Below are positions 1 through 12,409 of a stretch of DNA of 64,000 nt, one piece after another (the first letter of the stretch is position 1; each line of letters begins with the position of its first letter). Where the stretch lies: NCBI GenBank assembly GCA_001938485.1, contig MQRK01242253.1, positions 1-64,000 on the forward strand, read 5' to 3'. A model generated the notes under the pieces. It saw only the letters and a program-made list of their open reading frames with translations, was not told the DNA's origin and made no database searches. Position numbers and translations under genes: made by a program. The stretch comes from Girardia tigrina. Lineage: Eukaryota.

Positions 1-130
1 GGAAGCAAGCCTGTATAAAAAAATTCAGCTCAATTGGATGACTGAAAGTGGTCGAAAAATCAATCGCAAGATTTGTTCCAGACAGACAAACAGACAGACA
101 AGAAAGCAAGCTAATAAAACGTGGTAAAAA
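1..130 (+). mobile_element. Probable Helitron/Helentron-type (DINE-1/Lep1-like) non-autonomous end
   Basis: AAATTCAGCTC...(ACAG)n microsatellite...AATAAAACGTGGTAAAAA layout; a similar remnant at ~2990-3090. Confidence 0.35.
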
Positions 131-139
131 ACAGAATGC

Positions 140-720
140 CATGACACAACTCAAGTAGTTTCGATGCAAAGAAATCGTCAATGGCAGTTTGCACATCCGC
201 ATTCGTCGTGAATTGGATTGATAATTGTAGCCCACGAAGAAAATGGACCAACTAGAAGAACAGGCAAAAATCAGAAGGGTGAGCTCAGGACTATACACAG
301 GGTGCAGCAGGATATCAATACATAACAGCTTATGTATTTGATACTGTACCTTCCATAAAGGATGACCGCTAATGCGTGGCATTTGGGTCTCAGATCATTG
401 TGAACGTACTCCAAAAGCTAGAGTTCCCGACATTTGCATATTAGCGTTGAGCTGGAATATCTGTAAAATCGTTTGTGCACACCAAAGTAAGATAGTGCAT
501 ATAACGAGAATTGCTATTTTTACACTTCTGTTTTACCAAGACCCACAGATCCTTCTGGCTGATGTCATCTTGCTTGAAGCACTGAGGCCACTATCGAGTG
601 ATGCTCTTCTTCAGTGCATTTTAGCCTTCAACATCACAGATTTTACGAGCAACGTAACAGAAATCGATTTAACTATTTAAGACCTTCTGAATGATGCCAA
701 ATTCGGAGCCAGAAAGCAAA
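140..720 (-). mobile_element. Highly degenerate, internally deleted mariner
   Basis: Minus-strand remnants RKICDVEG..ALKKS, LHPVYSPEL (HPPYSPDL) and VQTAIDDFFASK. Confidence 0.6.
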
Positions 721-3551
721 TAAATTATAGAAAAGAAAAAAATGGAAATAAAAATAAAGTTTTAAAGTAATTTGTAAAATATTATTAATTTCTAAATCCA
801 TAAACCTGATTTATTGAAAGGTATTTGACAATATTTTCTGTGCATAAATAATAAAAATAATCGTATAATTTAAGGTAAAATGTCTTTGAGGCAGAATCCT
901 CGAAAAATTCGGAATGCAGAGGAAATTAAATGATGTTTATTATTAATTTATTTAAGTATTTCCGTATTTAAATATTAATTAGTTATATATGAAACAAATA
1001 ATTAGTTGCAGTAATTGGTCCTGTTATCTTGAACAATGTACAGTAACTAATTATATTCATGTTTATTATTATGAATTAATTTACAATAAGCTCGTGATTT
1101 TTAATAATTATAATTATAAAAAACTCCATCATCATTACTGGATTTCAGAATTGGGGTTATTGAAAAAAGGAATTTTGCTATAACTTCTTTAATAAAATTA
1201 ACTCTTTTTTTAAACTCAAATTTCAACTCAAATTAATTACTTACTCCAACCTACTTAAGGGGGCGATATTTGCCAAATAATAAAGAGATTCGCAGAATAA
1301 TAAAATAAACATTTTCTCATTTTTATACATTTAAACTATAGACAAAAGTGTACGCATAATCTGCTTTGATACTTTAAATTAAATAATATTTAATTATTAA
1401 TATTTATTTTAGTAATAGAAATAAAAAACTCGAAAATTGGAGGACTATTAAAAATTTGATACTCATTTAAGAAATTTCGTTGATAAAGAATTAAGAAAAT
1501 AGGAGTCTCGAGTAGGTATCTTCGATCTTGGCAGGATGGTAGTAGAAATGGAAACTATCTACAAATATTGTTAATGTCTAATAGTCATTCTTTTAGATCA
1601 AGTCATCTAAAGCTTCATAAATTGTCCAATAATCGCCCATGTCCATACTATCTGTAAAAGTACATTATCCTTGATTTATTATCATTATTATTTTTCGACA
1701 CCAACAAATTGAATGGATTGCGGTAAGCAGAGGGGAAATAACGGGATAAACAATGTTTAGAATATTTTAAAAAATTTTAGTTCAACAAAAAAAAATATTT
1801 TAAATTGACAACAGAAAAAAATAATTAAATTCAATCCAAAGAATAAATTTTGATTGAACCATTAATATTTAAAAAAATCAATAAAAAACAAATTTGGATT
1901 TTAAATTAAAAGGATTAGAAGTTTCCTAGAAACCATTATCACTTCCCCATTTCCTTGCCCAATTCCCTCAATTTCCAATCAGTAAAAGAAAGTTCCGAAA
2001 AACAACAAGGAGATCCGAAAGAGATAATAATTAAACGATTACGTTTTTCCAACAAAAAAGAAAATTAAATAATAATTGTAAACTATAAGTATTCCGTCTT
2101 TCCTCAACCAATACCTTCAATTTACAACCAGTCAAAGAAAAAGGAAATCAAATCTCAAAACAATCAAGAAGATCTGGAAAAGATAATAACCTAACAATTC
2201 AATTCTAACGAAGAATAAAGCAAGTAACGTGTATTTTTTTTATAAACCAATCGACCTGTTTCTTGTTGTTGTAATCGAGAAAAATTTCTTTTCTTCTTGG
2301 ATATCTTTCCGTTATAGTATTGAATTATCAATATATTTGTTAATTACTTCGTTTCGAGTTTATTTCACTATCTATGCTTCATCGATTCAAGTGGGTCATT
2401 CTCGTTTACACAGTTCTAACAGTAATCTAATATCATAATGATTAGATAATTACCAACACGATTTAACTTCTGTTTCTGTGTTAGTAATATCTGATATGGC
2501 GGTGACAACATTAATTATCATCACTAATTTTAACATTAAAAAGTGTTTGTTGAAATTAATTATAATTAATTCACAATTCAATGAATTTCAGAGGTCCGTT
2601 GAAGAGAATATTCATTTATCGGATCAGTGAGAACCTTTTGTATTGACAAGATACTTGTCAGTCAATGTTGATTGAAACATGTTCTGTTGGTTCATAAGTA
2701 CTCTGTGTTGAGTAAAGATTATGATAATCGCATGTCGATATGTAATATATTTAATTATTCTCGATTTTTTTAGAAATTTGTGAAGATGAATGTTTGTAAA
2801 GAATCTAATAATAAAAAAAATAAAATCAAATAAAAATCTGATAAAATAAAAAAAAATCTATTGATAAGTCTGCCTAAATGGTCTTCTTGATTCTAATAAA
2901 AAGAAGTATTCAAAAAGAAGTGGAGGACAAAAACATTGAATGGTGAACTCCAAAACACTAATATTTTGAATTAAAAGTAGCTTTTGGATATCCTTTCTAT
3001 AAGGAGAATCTATGTGGGAAGTTTGGTTACATTTGAATGTACGGTATTCAAAAGAAAAGCAAACAGACAGAAATTTAAGTTTATATATTATGCGGCCCCC
3101 GATAGTAATATTTTTAATGTAGCCTAAGAAGAAAATGTTTTCCCATTATTGTCAAAAATATTAGATTTCCTATAATGGTATGTGGAGCATTTTCATAATA
3201 CTACACATTTTCAACGGATCCAGTATTGATATATATATTTAATAGACTAATACTGAAGTGCTGGTCCATATAAATACGATTTTTGACTGGCGGGGTACAC
3301 TCGTATATTTGAACGATGTTTGTATCGCTTTAGCTAGGAAACAAACAAAACGCAAAACAAACTAAACGCTAATTTCCCGCTCCCTAAATTTTAATTACAA
3401 CAATATGTAGACAATCAGAGTTTTAGTTCTTCGAATATTCTAAGGGGGTAATCTTTTTATGAAACGATCATTATATAATCTTCACAACAGTATAATAACA
3501 TTTATCTCAATAATAATAATAATAATAACATAGTGAAAGAAATAATAATAA

Positions 3552-4044
3552 TCATATTGAAAACTCACTAAATATATTTGTTGGATTTGGATGAATAACA
3601 GGTTCATCTTGAGTTGGTGTTGCTCCACCTTCATCTTCATCTTCCGTACAACTTCCAGGACTCTTTTTAGCGGACTGACTGTTGTCTTTATTCAGCACAC
3701 TTAAATTAAATGCGAGATGATTGTTTGGGAGAGGATTAAAGATCGGAGGCGGTGGTTGTGTCGGTATTCCTGAGTGATTGCTGAGAAGAGGAAAAAGTGG
3801 GTTGCTATTCATTGGATGTTGACCGAACATGGTTGGAAATGGACTTTGAACATCTGGAAAAATCGGATGCGGAACCGTATCACATTTAGTTGACGCATTA
3901 ACCGTTGGAAATGTTGATTGGTTATATGGAAATAAATTTGGTTTCATCTTTTCGGGCTCATTGGAATTATTCCTATAAGAACTTTTACTAGTCAGAATGG
4001 GAATCGTAGTACCAGATGAACTGGTGGTTTCAGATTTGTAATTT
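3552..4044 (-). CDS. RPRD2: RPRD2-like exon 6, Pro-rich C-terminal region (probably terminal)
   Basis: CTCAG acceptor at 4045 gives a phase-2 join (R-NYKSETT...) into ORF 3552-3947. An alternative GTGAGT donor sits at 3568. Confidence 0.7.
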
Positions 4045-4439
4045 CTGAGATATTGATAATTACGAATATAATTGTGTAACTTAGTAATTTAGTATATTCA
4101 TCGAATAACATAAAAAATTGACTCAACTTAACACTTAAATGGTTTTACTTTCAACTCTGAAAATAGAAAGAAGACTTTCGAAGATATAAAGTCATTTAAT
4201 TTCAAAACTTAAGATTTTATAGACAAAGATGTTATCACTGAAACAATGAGTATTCCACTTAGTTTTTGTATTATTCGGTTAACTCTTTATTTAAAGTAAT
4301 CACATCATTTAATACACTTTTTATAGCTAATGCACTCTGGATTCTGTTATTAAAGTTTAAGCAGAATTTAGAACCACAGCTAAAGAAAAGTTTAAAATGA
4401 CGCAAAACGTTTATGGAATGAGCAATTTGGGATGCATAA

Positions 4440-5240
4440 GAAATATACCTACGAAGATTGTCAAAACTGGATTGATTCATGGCTTACCTCTTAAGACTAA
4501 GCGTTATTTTTGACGGGGTATCCACCTCCTACAATAAAGATGGGAAATAGTAATGATGGGAAAAAGAGATGTACAATATTTTTAGCAATATATTCAAATT
4601 GGGATGCAGCCGAACGATTGGAATGACCAACAATAATTCTAACAGCAGATTCAAAACAAAAGTGAGAGAATTCGTATCCAACGTTTGAAATGTGACACTG
4701 CGAATAATGGAAGAGGCATTAAACATCGACAAAAAACAATTTGTTAAATTCTGTAGCAGGGTTTGTAATAACAGTAGAGCAAAAATGATGAGTGCAATAA
4801 ATAACAGTCTAACCATCCTGAAATTAATTTTCACTGGTGACGAAATGTTTTAGAATGACTCGAAAACAAAGTGTCAAAGTGTAGAATGAACGTCAAAATC
4901 ACCAATTCAATTGTCAAGCAGTTACAGATGATTCTTATTTCAAAGTTTTACACGATTGAAGGGAAGATATTTTCGAATTCTACCATAATATCACGATCAT
5001 GAATACCTGTGTATCTTATTGAATAATGCACAGTGACAACTCATTTATTTTTCGTAAATTTTTTATTCAAAATCAAATCTATTTTTAATCATTTAACGTA
5101 TTCCCTTACTTTCGCAAATTGTGACTTGAAGTTGAAAGAAAGATTGAAGTGGAAGAAATTGAAGCCATCCAAAGAGTGTCAATGAGCACCTTAGAAGCAA
5201 TAATGAAAAAATGAGCTTGAAACGTTATATTGAGTTACGG
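4440..5240 (+). mobile_element. Degenerate mariner fragments
   Basis: NWIDSWL.. C-terminal piece, then an FTGDE...DSKTKCQSVE (TGDETW...DPETKRQS) remnant. Confidence 0.5.
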
Positions 5241-5889
5241 TAAAAAAAATGAATGGCACTATTCAACTCGTAACAGAAAAAAAGTAAAAACAAAATGTTT
5301 GATCATGTTAATATGTTAATTAATGAAATAATAATGCGGTAAAGATTGCCAAGATATATTTAGAAAATTATCGAAAATCAGAACATATTTATTATCCTAA
5401 AAACAAAGATGAAACATCTTGTAGTGGAGATAAACTGTCAACGTTAGTAGAAAGAATATTAAAATGTAGAAAAACAGTCATTATGTCGTTCAAAATTCGA
5501 AAGATTGTCAAAGAAATGGAACTAGTAAATCAAAAAATTAAATTTTTTATATTCATTCTTTATGCAAACAGAACTCTACTTTGCCAACAAAGTTTTTAAA
5601 ATTTAAAAAAGTTAACATTTAAAAAATTTTAATTAAAAAAATACAATAAAAATTAATATAAACTACTTATAATTTATAAGTAGATATCTTGCAATTAAGT
5701 AGATATCTTGCAATTAAGTAGATATCTTGTTCGGGAACTCCGAATATTCCGTTTTTCCCATTTTGGGATCTTAAAAAGATTTTTTCAATCAAATTTTGAC
5801 ATAATCATTTATTTTCATCGTAAGTAGCGTTTATGACACTTTCATTATTTTCAAATTCAAAACTCATAATTTAACATCACAATTTATTA

Positions 5890-7080
5890 TTAGGGTGAAC
5901 CAAAAGTCTTCGTATTTTTTATTAAAAATTTAAACATAATTTTACAACAAATAAAAAACATTTAAGTTTCAAAGTAAAGGCCATTTGAATCTATAGTTTG
6001 AACCCATCTATGAGCAAGTTGTACGATCCCGCTGAGGTACAAATCCTTGTTCTTAGAAGCGAAGAACTGGTGACACTCGCTTTCAACCTCGATTATTGAA
6101 GCTGCGGCCACGAAGAAAGTGTGCCATAGAGCGGAAAAGGTGATGTCGGATGGCGCAAGATCCGGACTATACGCTGGGTGTGGAAGAAGTTCAAAGGCGT
6201 CGAGACTTTTAATTTTTTACTTTGTTTGTTTGACGGTGTGCGGTTTTGCATTGTCCCGTTGTAGAAGAACTCGCTTTCGATTGATCAAAACGGAGTATTT
6301 CTCGCCAAGTGCCACATACATTCGATCAAGTTGGGCGCAGTAAAGGTCAGCGTCGATCGCACGACTATTTGGAACCAGCTCGAAGTGAATCACACCTTCG
6401 AAATTCCACCAAACACACAAAAGTGCCTTCCTTGAGAAACGATCTCGTTTCGCTACCGGTTTCGCCATTTTTCCGGGGTCCAACCATTGATTTTGTTGGT
6501 CTGCATTACTGAAGTAAACCCACTTTTCATCACAAGTTACAATTCGACGGATGAAACGATCATCGCGCGGATATTCAAGCAATTTTTGACAAGTTTCGAA
6601 AAGCTTTTCGGCTTGAATTTGTGTCAATTCTCGACATCGTCTATCGACCTTGCCAAGAGCGTGAAGGTGTCGTACAATGGATATTTGAGGAATATCGTGT
6701 TCGGCCGACAATCTGCGAGTACTTATTGATGGATTTGTCTCGACGGCTTCACGAATTGCTCAGGAATCTACGGTGATAGATCGGCCTGAACGTGCATTGT
6801 CTCCGAGGTCAATGTCGCCTTCGTTGAACCTTTTGAACAAATTTTGTGCAGTACGATTTGAGACCACATTATCGCCTTCAACTTCGCATATCTGCTTTGT
6901 TGCTGCAGTTGCGTTTAAGCCATGTTTCCAGTAATGGCGTAAAAGAACACGAATTTCAAAATTTTCCATGATTTTTCTATAAGACCATAAAAATTATATT
7001 AACGACTAATTAAAAGTTTTAATATATATTGTGATAGAGCAGTTCAAGAGCTTTAAAAACATATAACACATGTAAATAAA
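5890..7080 (-). mobile_element. mariner, near full-length transposase with stops; only one TIR found
   Basis: MENFEIRVLLRHYWK...IVTCDEKW...WWNFEGVIHFEL...DNAKPH...HPAYSPDLAPSD; TIR TTAGGGTGAACCAAAAGTC at ~5890. Confidence 0.9.
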
Positions 7081-7149
7081 ATCACTTAATGTAAACATAC
7101 TGAGGTAGCAAAATAACTACAATAAAGTTGATTCGTGTTAGTCTTGTGT

Positions 7150-8230
7150 GTATGATGCGATAGTATACCCATGGTTACTGATTAAGTTCATTTACGCCAC
7201 AGTATTTTATATGAATTTCAACAAGACAGAAATGCTACAGAAGCATGCAGAAAATTATTGAAAGTGTTTGGAGAAAGTATAGTAAAGATGGTTTGACAAA
7301 TTTGAATCAGGTGATTTCGACTTTTTTAATAACCGACCATCTTTGATAGATTACGGTGTTGTTAAGACCATGTTAGAGCAAGATCCTTTTCTGACAACAT
7401 CGGAGATCGAAGAAACACTTATTTCAGTTCAAAAAACCATTTTAGAGCATATTCGGACGATAGGATTGGTGTGGAAATATTCAACATGAATTGAGTGCGA
7501 AGAATTTTGAACATCGAATCGTCATATGCACATCTCTGCTTGCTCCGAAAAAAAATGTGCCTTTCTTGAACCGGATGATAACTGGAGATGAAAAGTGTGT
7601 TACATACGAAAATATCATAAGGAAAAGGGCATATTATGAACCCGGAAAACCTAGTCCGAATTGGATTACACCTAAACCAAATTTGACTTTGAACAAGAGA
7701 ATATTGTGTATATGGTGGGACATTCGAGGACCAATACATTATGAATTTTTAAAACCGAACGAAAATCTCAATTCAGACAGATATTGTCAGCAACTAAATA
7801 ATTTAAAGACAGCAGTCCAAGAAAAGAGGCCGACACTATTCAATAGGATGAACATCATATTGCATCATGATAATGCCAAGCCACATACAACTTTGGGGAC
7901 TCGTTGAAAAATTGCAGAACTAGGCTGGGAAATTCTGTCGCATCCACCGTATTCCCGGACATAGCACCATCCGACTATCATTTGTTTTTGTCCTTATAAA
8001 ATTTTTTGAATGACAAAAAATTCAAAATTGAGACAGATGTAAAACAAGCACTGACTCAACTTTTGCATCAAAAGATATTTAACGAAAATGAGATAAAAAT
8101 ATTGCCTACACGCTGGTAAGAAGTCATTAATCATTATGGCAATTATATTATTTAATAAAGTTTATTGACGGTAAGAAAAATTTGTATTTTGTTTATTCCA
8201 AAAACGGACAGAACTTGCCGGTAGACCTCA
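7150..8230 (+). mobile_element. mariner, frameshifted; 3' TIR present
   Basis: ITGDEKC...CIWWDIRGPIHYE...HHDNAKPH...HPPYS; TIR AAAACGGACAGAACTTGCCGGTAGACCTCA-TA. Confidence 0.88.
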
Positions 8231-8571
8231 TATACTAATACTTATATTTATAGTTTAAAACAAAATAAATCACTATTTAACAAAGTATCAAAATTATATG
8301 CAGTTTCAAAGAGAATAACTAAGTGTTCTTATTTTATGAAATAATTAAATGTTAAAAAATGATAATTTTAGTCTATTAAATATCCTTATTTTCATCCTTA
8401 AAAGGGCAACAGTATCTAAAAAGATGGACTTAATAAATATAAATCTTTCATATAAGCAATGTAAATCATTGTCATTTTTGGTAATAAAAAATTGTATGAA
8501 ATAAAATTTTAAAAAAAGATTGTAGCCATAATAATAAAAAAAATATCTGAAGAAAATTGAATCAAAATTAC

Positions 8572-9713
8572 CGCTCGCTGATATTCTTAATTCCGGTCAA
8601 ATTAGAAATTAATCTGAACGCATCTGCGAAAACCAACGATTCATTATTGCTGCTGGTATTATTATTATTGTTGTTATTTTTATCAGCTCCACCGCTGCCA
8701 ACAGATTTATCGATCCCCGACGAATCATTGGTTACTCCAGTCGTATTATTGTCTGTTCCAAGATTTCCCGCACACGCCAGCGTGTTCCGGAACATATCTG
8801 GCTGAAGATTCATTCGAATATTCGACTCAGTCAGAGTGGTGGTTGTTACTATCGATGATGAAGACGCCGATGAAGATAAGGATAAAGACGGGGTTACCGT
8901 AGTGGTAGTGATGGTGCTTGATACATTATTCGCGTTGGTAGATTGAATCTTCTTAGTGAGAGATTGATTGAATACAGACGTAAGAATTTTGAGCGCATCA
9001 CTGCACGATAGAGGTTTGGATTGAGTTTTATTTGACTCTTCGATTGGATTAGTGATTTTATTATTAGAGGGATAATCTATGGCGGTGCTCGGAGAATACG
9101 GACGGTTACTAGCAGAGTTTTTGGTGATGTCATTCGAAGGAGAGCGATCCATGATTGCATCAGTGTCATCATCAGACATATCCATAGATTGAGAGGGGCT
9201 TAAAACGTCTTGGAAAGACATAGGAGAGATATGGGAATCAAAGGCAGCGGAGGTGTCACCGTACAAATGAGGTGGAGTTTTTCCGGGGCTTGGGGCATCG
9301 TCTATGTCAACTGGGCACATAATATCATCACTCAGAAAGTCGAGATGTTCCTCTAACGCATCTTTCGTTCGAGTGATAAGGTTTCCGTATCGCTTATAAG
9401 CGTCCTCGACAATAAGGGTTTCATTCAGTTGGGTTTGATAATAGAGCTCAGCGTGTTCCATTAGTTTTAGAGAGGATTGACGTGCTTTGAGCTCCTGGTC
9501 GATAAGAGAGACTAGTTGGAAGAGTTGGTTGATTGATTCGTCAAGGCGAGCGCTGTACTGGTTACAATGATATTTATCCTTGAGCTTCTTGATTGACTCG
9601 AGACATGATTTTTCATCGAAACTTAATGAGTTAAGATCGAAGTGAGACATGGTTTCAGAGAGATCGGACTCGATTTTTATTAGACTTCGAAGCTTTTCCA
9701 TGGCATCTTCAGG
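8572..9713 (-). CDS. RPRD2: RPRD2-like exon 5: coiled-coil/CREPT-like region (AELYYQTQLNETLIVEDAYKRYGN, DAPSP) then S/T/N-rich low complexity
   Basis: Lies within the 388-aa ORF 8568-9734. Resembles RPRD2 AGIFYEAQYKEVKVVANAYKTFAN...DAPSP. TAAG acceptor at 9714, GTAATT donor at 8571. Confidence 0.85.
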
Positions 9714-10469
9714 CTTAAATTCAATATTTACCATTAAAAAAGTTTATTTACCATAAATATTCTTTTAATTTTATAAATTAATAAAAAAACATATTAGCGT
9801 GATCTCCCTATAAGCCGCAGTCATAATATAATCATGTTAACAAGTAAAAAGTTAAGGCAGCACTATGTTATATATGGTAAATACTTATCAAATATATGGT
9901 GCGTTCAATAAGTATAAAGAGTCCAGGAAATAATAATCACGTTATACTTTTTAATTTAGAAAGTACAAATCAAAATGTAATACAAGAGAGTAATAATACA
10001 AAAAGTAAGACTGACAGAATAAGATTAAATTGTAGGTAAAATATAATTAAGGCAAAATTTTATGATTATATATTGAAAGACGAATTATTATTATTATTTG
10101 ATACATGAAGATAATTCTTCAATTTTCGTTTCTGAAGAAATGCAGGATTATTTAAGAACAGAATCAAATTATTATGATATATAAGAGCAAATTTAAATAA
10201 CTAATACCATGACCAGTAGTGACAGGAAGTTATATATTTTGTTGATCACTACACTATGTTATTAGTAGAAATTAATGTGTAACGGCTGTAAAGGCAAAAT
10301 CTGGATATTTTAAAATTGAATTAATAATATACTTATAGTAAGAATTGAATGTAAAGAAAAGCTGTAAACAATTCTGACGTGTCCTGCAGTTAGTCATTTT
10401 TCTACTATAGTCATGAAAGAGCAACAGCTCCGAGGCAGTGTTAGCAGATTTTGGAGAATGCATTATACG

Positions 10470-10880
10470 AAAGGAATATCATTCACCAATCTACTCCATC
10501 CTTACAAGACTACAGATGAATTTGGAGGTGTCTCACAAGCCAGGGAGTGGTGGACATATTAAGAAACTGATAAACACCAAACGAACCAGCATATTTCAAT
10601 GGTCAGTAAACAAAAGGAGTGTTTTACTCCGACAAAAAGCCAAGAATCGCACTGTGAGTCCCCAAACCATCAGAAATGAACGGGGAATTCCATGTTATAA
10701 ATGAATTAAAGCTCCACAGTACACCTCTGAATAAGAGAAGATTGCAAAACGTCGTGCAGGAAAATTACATTTTAAAAATATTTTTGAAGTTTTGAGAGGA
10801 AAAATGATTCTCATGGATGACAAGTGTTATTTCAAACTAAAATCTGATCATCTCAGCGGAAACGATCACTTTTAAAACTC
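10470..10880 (+). mobile_element. Tc1-like (DD37E-type) transposase remnant
   Basis: IYSILTRL...HKPGSGG HTH linker and ILMDDKCYF (VMDDETYF-like) motif. Confidence 0.5.
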
Positions 10881-10884
10881 GAAT

Positions 10885-11092
10885 ATCTTAACAATCATAT
10901 CTTACCAAAATGTAAAAAGCTTGGTAGCCGCTAAAAATAATACGATGTTACTTTGCTCCATCAACTTTTCATTAAATTTTTTTTTGTTTTGAATGTGACC
11001 GTGTTTGATGTTGTTTGTTCCACGTCTAAATAAACAGTATTTTTAGCGGCTACCAAACTTTTTACATTTTGGTAGGATATGATTGTTAAGAT
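10885..11092. mobile_element. MITE-like hairpin element with ~55-bp inverted arms
   Basis: ATCTTAACAATCATATCTTACCAAAATGTAAAAAGCTTGGTAGCCGCTAAAAATA is mirrored at ~11038-11092 with 2 mismatches. Confidence 0.75.
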
Positions 11093-12409
11093 TTAATTCA
11101 AGAAGTAGAAATTTTTGAATAAATAATTTATTAAAGAATATGTGGAATATTATGATTAAATTAAATGTAAATAAAAATTGTTAAGATTTAAGTTGATATT
11201 TAAAAATTTTGAATTAATTAAATAATTGAATTTTAAATTAATTGAATTTGAATTCTGAATTAATTTAATTATGAAATTTATTAATTATTTTAGTAAAGAA
11301 TATCCTAAAAAGTTAAATGGAAAATTAAAGTAAATAAAAATTATAAAATATCAAGTCCAGTTCATCATTAACAGATTGAGTATAGTTCTTCGAAATAAGA
11401 TATAAAACTGTATCTAGTGAAAAATGATATTAAATGTTGTTTAAATAATTTACATTTATTGATTATTATTTTAAAAATCGTGATTTAATATTGGGGAAGT
11501 GAAGAATAATTCATATTTCTTGCAATTGTAATTGATTCAGAATTTGTACTTGTATGGCGGAAATAAACCTTATAGTGGATTTTAACTCTTCCTCGTATGC
11601 ACGCACCGAAACTAACAATGATAATTTAATGTATGCAGAAAATTAAAAAAGTGTAATCTGACTCATGTCCAACAGTGACAGGACAATACATCACAAATAA
11701 CTTTAGACTCATGGGTTAGGGTTAGGGTGCTGAAACGTTTGATATCTACATTTAAATTAAATTAGTTTCAGATAATAGGAATTTAAATATTGATCAGCCA
11801 TCTTGGTAGGAGAAACACAATCCAATCATTTCTCACAATTAACATTTAGATTGTAAACGTTTAAAATATATTGCGATAATTTCATTCATAATACTTGGCG
11901 ATTGTGATATTTTGTCCTAGAAGCGTGTTCAAGATACTTAAAAATCATTAGACCAGAATGTGATTTTTTATGAATTGGGATAAATTAAGATAACCGATTA
12001 AGTCATTGTCGACTCATTATAATCCATTACGTAATATGCTTGAAAAATATCGTTTAAGAATTGGAAGAAAAACAAGTCGACAACCACCCTTAGCTGTATA
12101 ACGCGTTATTTGTAAAATAAATTGAAAGAAATGGTATACAAATGCCTTATTCATCGCGTTTCGGATATATTTTAATTAAAAAGAACTAGAATTTAATAAG
12201 GAATTTTAAACTATTGTTGAATAACGATCATAAAATATTTTTAAAAATCCAAAATAAAATATACAAGTTGACCACATAACGAACACAGAGAATGAACATC
12301 CCAAGAGTAAAGTCGCCACTCAGGATTGACAGGACTAGGAATTACTAATTTCTACTCTTAGCATACGCTAAGATAATCAAGCCAGATAATCTATCAAACC
12401 TAAATTTGA

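Noticed and set aside
8557-8805. Hydrophobic plus-strand ORF, and many other short ORFs in the track
   Set aside because: Antisense shadows of real exons or transposases, or chance ORFs in low-complexity AT-rich DNA.
11712-11727. GGGTTAGGGTTAGGG telomere-like motif
   Set aside because: Only about two units; too short to support an interstitial telomere or breakage site.
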